DNA of 64,000 bases from NCBI GenBank assembly GCA_964276515.1, contig OZ193909.1:12772001-12836000 (forward strand), in the 5' to 3' direction. This document shows positions 54,363 through 64,000 of the stretch, one piece after another. The notes under the pieces are model-generated. The model was not told the DNA's origin. It ran no database searches and saw nothing but the letters and a program-made list of their open reading frames with translations. The position numbers and the translations under genes are program-made. Source of the DNA: Gordius albopunctatus. Lineage: Eukaryota. Each line of letters begins with the position of its first letter. Positions within the stretch are counted from its first letter, which is position 1.

Positions 54363-57300
54363 TCAGAGGTTTCGAAATCGATTAGGCGCGCCGCCGTACA
54401 CAGTATAATATCGCGTGAGGGCCCACAAAGGAAATATATTTTTGTAGTTGGAATAAATGATTGCGGCTGTTTTATTGAAGACACCCGTACACAAAGCTTC
54501 AGGCCAATTCCCGTTTTGTAATTGAGTTCTCCTTAAAAATTCGATACCCCTTTCGAAAACAATCCCTTTAGGATATCTATAATAATTTAGGTATATCAAA
54601 TAAATTGATTTTTCTTTATATTAGAAATTATTGGTTAAATAAATTGCGGGTTTTTTGGATAATAATCAGAAGGTAATAATAACCATTAGTGCCATCTCAT
54701 AGGCAATTTTAATTAGAGACAAATTTGAACTATGTATATCCCCCTATCTTTTTTGGCATGTGACTCGAAAAGGATAACGGACATATAACGTTTTCGCTCT
54801 TATTAGAGCTCATCAGTATGCCATAGTTAATTGTCTAGTCACACACTAAGCAAGATAGGTATATATAATCTTCATATTAGATTTAACCCATTTTTATGGT
54901 GGCTAATAAATAACTCTCATCATAATTATGGTAGTAATAATTATTTTGTTTTATTATATTAGAATTAGTTAATAAATTGAAGGTTTTTTGATAATAATAA
55001 ATCGACTAATTTAACAATACACGTCAAAAGTTTCTAAGTGCCGATTATATGTCCTATTTTTAATTAATGTAGTCGCGGTAAGATAAAATTTTTTTTTGCT
55101 AGAATTAATACTTTCTAAAAGCTGTCGACCTCCTGTTCGCTATACGAGATCATATATAAGAATAAAAATTTGAGTTTATGCTCATTTATAAATGGTTTAT
55201 ATATCAAGATAGGAGTTATGGTATGTAATTTTCAATGAAACGCCTTTAAAAAAGACCTACATTGGAAAAACACTTGTGCTGTATTTTTTCCTTGATATAA
55301 TTTATAAAAAATTTAAGATAAATCTAAAATAATTAATGACCAAAATCCTGAACCTCAAAATTTTTGATGCCTAAACCTCAATAAAAGTTTTTCTACGAGA
55401 AAACTTCCTAAAAATTAGCTGTTTTGAGTTTTTTATTTTAAATTTGTTCTCAGTTTTGACAAATAAAAAATTTATGTATTGTTTAATTAAAGACAGACTT
55501 AATCTGATACGATCCAACTCATCTTACTATAGATAGACACTATGTATGTTTTTTTAAAAATTGCAGGGTAGATAAGAGTCATCATACCTAACGGACAATA
55601 AAGCTAAGAGTGCCCAGGAGGTTTGAACCACGTTGCCCTCTACACTTTCAACGTATTCCCTCGTGGTACAACTAGTAAAATCTTCTCCCCACGCACCGTC
55701 TCGTGCCCTTTGTTTAGATACCAAATAATCGCAAGCCTTCACTATCGATGGGTGGGCAATGTTATGTTCCCTAAAGAGATTAAGGGATGACTGCTCTGTC
55801 TAAAATTTAACTTTTGCATACAAATAATACGATTTTAAAACAATCTTGCGTATTAAAATTCCTTTATCAAAATAGGCCGAGGTCTTGAAAAAACGTAACT
55901 ATTAATAACTCTTATAATGCCTCAATATAAAAAGTTAAATGTCGCTCTTTTTAATGAAAGGCAAGATAAAAGAATATAAATTTATTTTAAAAAACACGAT
56001 ATCTGTATAATTTAACTTTAAGTGAAGGATAAAAAGTACTAATTTTTTAAATAGCATCTTCTCGAAAAAATTGAGGCCATTTTGAGGTTAATATTTTATT
56101 GTACAAATAGAGTAGTCGTTACCTTGTTAATCAGTTATGAATTCAATGCAGTTTTGATTTAGATAAGAATGTAGGCGAAATAGTGAAGGCAAAAAAATAT
56201 TATTGACAGGGTAGATCATAAAAAAAGTCTCACGTCAAGATTTTGACAATAGGGCTCAACATAATTAATAAATATTAAATTAAAAATAGGAAGCAATCGA
56301 TAAGGTAGTGCTAAGTTAAAATAAAATTTATCACAATTACATATTTAGTCAACATGAGAGATCTGCAAATACAAAATTAATAGACCATCACCCGGCCATT
56401 TTTTACCAGACCCGACCTGTGGCTTGACTTACCAGTTCCGGCTTTATAAAAACTAAAACCAGAATATACATTCCTTTTAATATCAAAACGGATATCATAA
56501 ATCACATCCAGGGATTAGGGCGTAAAAATAACATAAAATCTCATGTTTCAATAAAATGGGTAGATCAAAAACGATTCTAAAAGTTAAGATTTTAATTATG
56601 TTTGCCTAAATTCGAACCAAATTGTAATTTTGAACAAAGTTAAATATCACTACGCCCTTAGGAAATTTCTAGCTTTAACGCAATTAACTTGCGCCAAATG
56701 AAAAATATTGGAGTTTTTGGTTTTTTGCTAGGAATATTTTAGCTCGGTCCGTCCTATACAAATCATCTGCCCAATTAGGCATATCAGAAGACCTCGGCTT
56801 AATACAACAAATATAAAAATTTTATTAAGCTAGTTGCCAAAAAATTTAAAAATACTATATAAATATACAAACGCATTTTTCAGGCCTAGGTTTATTTACT
56901 CGTAAATGTATGGTTTTCCGAACGCCCCCAGGGCTTCCATAGTCAACCAAGCTCCATAAGTGAAACAAACTCCCCATGAACTACACCAACAAAAAATTGA
57001 CATACATGTTGTTGATTTATCATTGGATCTAACAGATCAAAATGGTAAGCCATGTTATTAAGTTCGTTCCTGCTTAAAATTGTGCTAAAACCATAGACTG
57101 ATTCATACGATAGACTGATGAACAGTTGATAATAATTATTATTAGAAGAGTAGGCTACCATGTTTGGGACTTATATGAAAAAACGTAAGGTTATTCATTT
57201 TGGTGAATAATCGCTAGTTTTGGGTATGGAAAGATACTCACTTCTTTAATGCTCTCATCATTCTTTCTTCCACAACTTTTGCATCTTTTACTCAACAAGT

Positions 57301-60016
57301 GCGCATATAGAACAAACTTTATCGAAAATGGCGCCGTTTGGCAGTCTATCGTATAATTAGTTCATGAGCGATAAATATACTTTTGAATTTATAAAACAAG
57401 TGTTTAAGGCGAGATTTCCAATTTAAAATACTACCTACCCTTCCCATGAACCATCCTGCCTTTGTTTGGAGAGCATAAATTGGATGGCCTTCGCTATGAA
57501 TGATTGCACCTCGTCACTTCTGTATGTTGGAAAAACGTGGGAAAAAGTTATTAAAGCCCTGCAAGCGGCTCCCGTGCATTCGGTGTAAGCGTGTTCTACC
57601 ATGATATCGGAAAACACCTATCAGCAAAAGGGATTAAATAAAAGGATATATATGTTAACTTGCAAAATTTTAAAATACGATCATTTCAGTAAATGAGAAC
57701 GTTATATTGCATTGAGGCGCAAAATAAATAAAACTTCTTCTAAAATTCATTCTAGCCCAGGCAATGACATGTAAAAACCAGGATTAAATATCTTAACGAA
57801 ATTTACTTAAACAGACTAGTGGACGCTTTTAATAATGAATTGAAAATAGCAATTATGCTATATACTTCTTCCCTTTTATTAAATAGCATCATAAAAACCT
57901 CAACATCAGCCGAGGGACTGTAAAGTGTCTAACATTATTTTAATCAGCATTAAAAACATTATTTTAAATAATATTCCATTTTCACGGCTGTAAAGTTGCA
58001 ACAATAAGCAATTTTGCAGAAATCAAAATTATTAATTCAAAAAACAATAAAGATTTTATTTTATTCCAACATCTATTGGTTCTATACACTTTTAATTATA
58101 TTAACAAAATACTATTTTAAACTTACTTCGGCGGGATCTAACAACTCGAGCCAATCAGGTCCACGAATCTTTTCGTAAGAAGCCACGCCACCATTAGAAT
58201 TTTGATAATTTAGGAGGCAATCTACCGCCATGTAGATACGTTCTTTCAAGGTTGGTCCATTGAAATTATCTTCATTAATCTCACCGTCTAATTTTAGATT
58301 TAAGTGTCCAATATATGATATCAAAAATATTTGTTAAGCGGATCGGCAAAAAAAAGTTGGATTTTAATTTCTATCAAAAACAACCTTTTTGAATACTTTG
58401 GAAAATTTTAATTAAACTCCAAAAACTTGAACACATTTACGGCTTAGAGTAAGGCCGATAAAGTTTAAACCTACGTTTTTAATGGGTAATATTTGCAAAC
58501 AAATATTAAAATTTGTTAAATTAAAATCCTTTCATTAACGAATGTTTCCAATGACATATAAGCAAACGGGCAATTAGGTATTATTTATGATACAATGTCT
58601 ACTAGTGTATCTTCAGAAAATCAAATTTTACTTCGTGATGAAAGATACATTTCATAATTGTCAAGTGCGAAAGCAGACGCATATATTTTGGACATGACAA
58701 CGATAGCTTCTGCGGTACAATCCGAAACTATCCAACCACACAATTTGGTGCTGAAAGGAAAACCGCCCTGAGGTTATCATTAATAATAATAAATAATGGC
58801 ATCGAGACATAAATCTGCCAAAATAAAGAGCAAACTTTACCCATAAAATAGAAAATTAATTAGATCAATGTGTAATGCCTTTTGCCCCAAGAAAAATAAA
58901 TTTAATTACTAAGATCAAAACTTTAAAAAAACTAAACTTTGATAGATTAATTCAAAAGAAGACTCAAACTAAATTGTGATTTGTAAAATGTTGTTTAAAA
59001 AATGAAAGTTAAATTAAAAAATTATAACAAATATGGATAACTAAATATTGCTTTGGGAGGATGTCTGTAATATCTTTGATAATCCTTGGGGTTACTGAGC
59101 GTTTGTTGATCCATGAAGTAATTAACGACGGCCTTCGTAATACACTTTCTAGCACATTCATTTGAATCGGCTGTTACTAAAAAATCAATTCGTTCATAAT
59201 TAAAATCAAAAAGGGCTTTTACATAAATTTTAAACTATTCTATAAAATATTGTGTAATATTTAAAAAAGTAATATTTTAGTTATAACAAACAATTTCAAC
59301 TTATTGATCATCATCATACGGTATGTTTTAAAAATCGAATAAAAATATAACCAATTAAAAAGATTTAGCCAGCGTTTTAAACATTATGACATATAATTGC
59401 AGTCAGGGAATAGTCAAGTTTCACTGATTCAACCTCGTAAATAGCCAATTTTAACCGAAATGGAAATATTTTGTCACATTAAAGGCTAGAGTTCTACGTG
59501 CCTGATATATTAATATTCGGGAGGTGCTGGGTCAAAAACTTATTTTAACTAAGCACAAGGCTTATAGTAAACGACTTTTACCTACCAGTATATATTATTA
59601 CACATTTAATTTTAAACTGAGATTTGGTCAAAAGATTGAAAATAAATGAATAATAGGTAGTAAAAAATTGTGTGTAAAATGTTCTCCAACATTTACGGAA
59701 AATAATTTTACTATTTTAAAAGTTTTCGCGTTTAGGGACTAAACATCAATTTTCGGGCTAAAAATAGCGAAGTGAGTTAAAATGCTAATTTCCTTCGAAA
59801 AACGTCATACTCACTCTCATTCGATTCACAACAGTGCATTAAGGCTTGAACGGCGAAAGCTGTATCCCAAAATTGGCTGCCGTTTGTACCCATTAATCTC
59901 ATACCCTCCGGTCCTATCCACCAAAAGTATTTGAAAGACTTCAAATGTTCACCAACTGCGATCGAATCAGGCCCATCCCCGTGCCAGCGAACAATCATGT
60001 TGAAGGATTTGGATAT
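54363..60016 (-). CDS. LSS: Lanosterol synthase (oxidosqualene cyclase), 3' part; exons 60016-59815, 59176-59052, 58767-58632, 58287-58127, 57617-57439, 56980-56900, 55770-55588, 54576-54363
   Basis: [21 protein letters not shown] repeats (QRQDGSW, QLQNGNW), SWGVCFTYG and [10 protein letters not shown]. 5' exons were not found in the window. Confidence 0.95.
54780..54822 (-). ncRNA. Minimal type I hammerhead ribozyme
   Basis: GGCAUA-CUGAUGA-GCUCU(AAUA)AGAGC-GAAA-ACGU-UA-UAUGUC: intact core, 6-bp stem I, 5-bp stem II, palindromic mini stem III. Confidence 0.8.
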
Positions 60017-61029
60017 CTTTCAATGCATGTATATAACAATTTCAAATGATTTGCGGTATTCAACAATTAAAATTTCATTTAGCCATTTCGGCTATTATCA
60101 GATCACCACTCGATATAAACATTTTTCTATAATTTTTTTTATGCAACAGTCTTATTTGATTAAAGGATGAGTATTTAAAAATTTCATCTAACTTAACGTT
60201 ATGAACCAGTCTTGTAAAAGACCTATTTGACCTTTGAGCGCCCACAAACATAAAATCAGCGGTCCAAATAAGGAAAATTCACAGAATTTAATACCATTAA
60301 TAGTTTCTACTTTCTAACTAAATTTCTTGAAAATATGAAAATATCAGCCGACGTGGCGATTTGACATAATACCCAACGAGTTCGGTTCACAATTTATCAC
60401 ATGTAGCGCTTATAAATATTACAGCCCGACTAATTTTAAATGTTTCCGCGAGAATTTAGAGATTACATTTTTTTAAAGTTCCATATACTAAGTAATTGTT
60501 TACTACTATACTCGCGTGTGTATAATATATATGTCTCAATGAGTGGATTTAATAGATAACATTTTATAAAAATCCCAACACGGGGTGAAAGCATGAAATA
60601 ATTAGGCTCCTGGATGGCTGTTTAATCGTGTATTAAATAATTTGCTACTGATGGTTTTTAATTTTTGTCTTTTAACAAGCTAGATTTTAACAAATGTCAT
60701 TTGAATTTTAATGCAACTTCAATCACACATTTTTGTATGGAGTTAAAATTAGCTAAAAGATGTTATATTAATTTTTTAGAGAAACTTCATTGTTTTTATC
60801 CTTTTGTAACTAGGCATCATACAAATTGTGCAAAATTACCTCCATAATATAAATCGTATAGACCCTGTAAAATGAGAATAAAAATGCTAACAGATCAAGC
60901 TCTTTTAATCAATTCAGCATTCCAGCAGGCAAAGACATGTTATAAAAAGTATTAAACATTCTTTTATATATCTGATCAGAAGACTTCTAGATGAAAAGAT
61001 AGCGGCTGGGGAAATTTTCAAAAAATACC

Positions 61030-63723
61030 ATGTCTAGTGATTTATTTCTTATGTTTTTTTCACCTTTTCCGCCATATATGCCTAAAACCGGAAAAAGTGG
61101 AGGGAACCAAGGGGAGCAATCCATGGCCAGTCCTCCGTTGAGCCCTGTTAGACCAGGGGTACCCGGTGCGGGCCCAACGGAGTTGACAGCACAATTGGTG
61201 GAATTTCAACGGGAGCAAGCGAGGAGCAACGCCGAAGCGGCCAGAGCGAATCAAAGGCAGATAGATGCCATGAGAGAAATGCTAGAAAATTCTCTCTCGG
61301 TAGTTGGTTCCTTAGCAAGGCAAGAACCAACTCCGCCGGCGCCACCACCGCTCCAAATGCCATCTACAGTACAAATAGTACCTGCGTCGGAGCAACCCAA
61401 AACGCCGACAGCGATATGCGAGGACATAGCCAAGCAGACCCAAGGGCTCAGCGACCTATTAATAGACCCGGACATAAAAGTCCAAAAAAGAGAAAGGCAT
61501 GAGGCCAAATACGCCATCCTAATGTCGCAGGTCTGCACACCAGCCTCAGCCATGGAAGTCCTGGCAGCCCACGACAAGCAGCTAAAGACGCTATGCCTCG
61601 ATATAAAGTTTAACTGGGCCACGGCCATAAGGCATGACACCACATGGCTCTCACAAATGGGATTCCAGAACGTGGACGTGACCGTCCCCAAATCCCCTAA
61701 GAAATCGTTTTTTCAAGAGCTGGCAGGGGCCGAGGCAGTAAGCCGGGCCGACACTTCAAGAATAACGCAGCCCCTGCCCCGCGTTCGTGAACTTCTGAAG
61801 CAAACGGTCAGTCGCTGGGAGTACGGGTCTTCGGGCGAACCGACTCTCAATGGGGACGAAGGCCAAAAATCTCCCGAATGGTGGCAGAAGATTAAAAACT
61901 TCTTAAGGAAAACACGCTGTCAAATATTCTCCCCTGCGCAACACAACGACAATGACCAACCACCGCAACCGACACCGCAAGAGTGCCCAAATCCGCCTCC
62001 GAAGGTAAATTCGCGTGTTAATCTCACAAGCGAACCCACGAGCGGGGACGTAGGATCCGGAATTATCCCAAGCCTCGTCAAACAACACAAAACGCTCTTT
62101 AAATGGGGAAAAACTAGCATTACCAAAAAGCCCACCGGGAAGATAGATATAAAGACATCACGACTAAAACCACACCCGCTGATGTCAGAATTCACACTGA
62201 AAGTCGCGTTCGAAGGGTTCAAACCTCCCCTAGACCTGCCACTTATACGGCAGAACGGAGGCTTGTTCAAGCCCACTAGAAGGAAGTACATTTCAAAAAG
62301 GACGCCAAGCTACTTCACCGCAACGAAAGAAGAGGCCGTTGTATCCGAGACGCAAGCGCTCGCCATCACGTCCTCCACCTTCTTCATAGCCAAGAGCAAT
62401 GGGGACGCCAGAGTAATCACCGACTTAGCTGAAGCTTCAAGAAACTTCAGGCACTTGCCGGTTAAGCTGGCTACTATCCCCTTGACGGCAAAATCTTTAG
62501 CTAAAGCCAACTACGCTGCCGAAATTGACCTAAAAGCGGCTTTCTTTAGCATCCCCCTCCACAAAAATTACAGGAAATATTGCGGATTCAAGTGGAGGGG
62601 AAAGTTGTACCAGTACAATGTCCTGCCAATGGGGGCCTCCTTCAGCCCCTTCGTACTACAAACAATAGTAGCGGACTTGGTCAAGGCCTCAGTCAAGAAG
62701 TGCAACTACAATGTATATCTGGATGATATACTGATCTTCGACCAAGCAGAAGACGACGTCACGACAGACTTAGGGAACATCGCCGAGATGGCTAAAGACT
62801 GGGGCCTGACGATCAACGTATCCAAGTCCTCGATACTGCCCGAAACAGAGCTGGATTACCTAGGCTTACGACTGGACTTTGGCGCACACAAAATCAAATG
62901 CGCAGAGGAGACGAAAGCAAGGCTCGTTCATGCTGGGGACATCTTATATCTCTTCTTGTCAACAGAAGCTCCGCCAACGGACTATACGTTGTTAGAAGCA
63001 CTGGGCGTGATGAATTATTTTTTCTACAACCTGACGGGAATGCCTAAACAATTCTCAGCATTTTACTCCCTGTCAACAGGGAAAGGAACGGCCCATGATA
63101 GACCATTAGCACACGGGAAACTAACAGGTTGCCTGGCCCTGCTCCACCTAACCATACCGCTATACCATGAGCACGATAAAACCATCTACGCTGACGCGTC
63201 CGACACCCATATTGGCATATCTTTGAATGACGAGAAATTCTCCGTGACGTTTGAACAAGCGGCCGAAGCAATAGGGCTAGACTGGGTAAACACAAACCAC
63301 ATAACCGCCTCGGAAAAGGTAGCTGCGATCTACGCGTATTTGGTAGCGTTTCACAATGGGGCCTGCTACTTAAAGGTTATCACGGACTCCACCACAGCTT
63401 ACTTCGTGCTGAGGAAGGGAGGATCGAACTCCCCCGTAGTGGAGAAAATTATAGCCAGTTTTGTGGCCACGTACAACGTCTCACACTTGCTCAGGCTACA
63501 CTTTAACCTGGGCTGGATTTCAACAACGTAAAACCCAGCTGATGAGCCATCACGATGCTGGATGCCCAAAGACCGCAATAACGTCCCGGCCAACGTAAAC
63601 GATGAATCGTTCGACATACCCGACTTAGAGAATATCGAGGAAGAAATCGACCTGGGATTCTGGGAAAACGAAAATGTTAGCGGGGAAGAAGGGGAAAACA
63701 GAACAAACCCCATAGACACGTGA
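61030..63723 (+). mobile_element. Gag/core-like + RT + RNase H retroelement (DIRS/Ngaro- or hepadnavirus-like), one in-frame stop at 63529-63531
   Basis: RT motifs IDLKAAF, LPMG..SPF, YLDD and YLG; RNase H motifs YADAS, SE, TDS and, after the TAA, NPADEPSR. The frame stays open to TGA at 63723. Confidence 0.85.
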
Positions 63724-63906
63724 CCAAGTCCTATATAAACGCGCACCGAACAATCACTCGCTCTTTTTCCTTCGCTCATCATATTTGCTCCCACGTTCAT
63801 ACGCATTTTGCCCCCTTTACTTTTACTCTTACGATTTACCCTAAAATTTTCGTTTTTTATATCATATATGGTGTAGAGTAAAAAACAATAAACGTTCCTG
63901 GTAGAA

Positions 63907-64000
63907 CAATAGCGAAACCAGGGGATCTGGAGGAAGGGCCTAACCCTTCTTGCAGATTAATTAATTGGCCCTTCCTCCAGATCCCCTGGTTTCGCTATTG
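63907..64000. repeat. Perfect 34-bp inverted repeat with 26-nt spacer
   Basis: caatagcgaaaccaggggatctggaggaagggcc (63907-63940) is the exact reverse complement of 63967-64000. Confidence 0.95.

Noticed and set aside
63399..63806. Antisense 135-aa ORF as the missing tyrosine recombinase
   Set aside because: No R-H-R-Y catalytic pattern; it looks like a shadow ORF, as do the other antisense ORFs over TEs and DDX10.

Overview
This is AT-rich eukaryotic (invertebrate-animal-like) genomic DNA with many very short introns (32-55 nt). Host genes: METAP1 (last exon), RFK, C1D, a SPO16/SCRE homolog, DDX10, a BRMS1-like gene with a U12 AT-AC intron, PSMA7, and the 3' half of lanosterol synthase (LSS). 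Transposable elements are dense: two Gypsy copies in inverted orientation around PSMA7 (one with intact gag-pol), older Gypsy relics and solo LTRs, RTE and other LINEs, a CRE-like fragment, a Helitron with an 89-bp minisatellite, and hAT and Mutator-like MITEs. The most notable observations are: a ~2.8-kb gag/core-like + RT + RNase H element with hepadnavirus/DIRS-type motifs but no visible integrase, recombinase or terminal repeats; a minimal hammerhead ribozyme in a sense-strand LSS intron; and two convergent genes whose stop codons share a single TTAA. Gene names rest on my recognition of motifs, not on database searches. The organism cannot be identified from this window.
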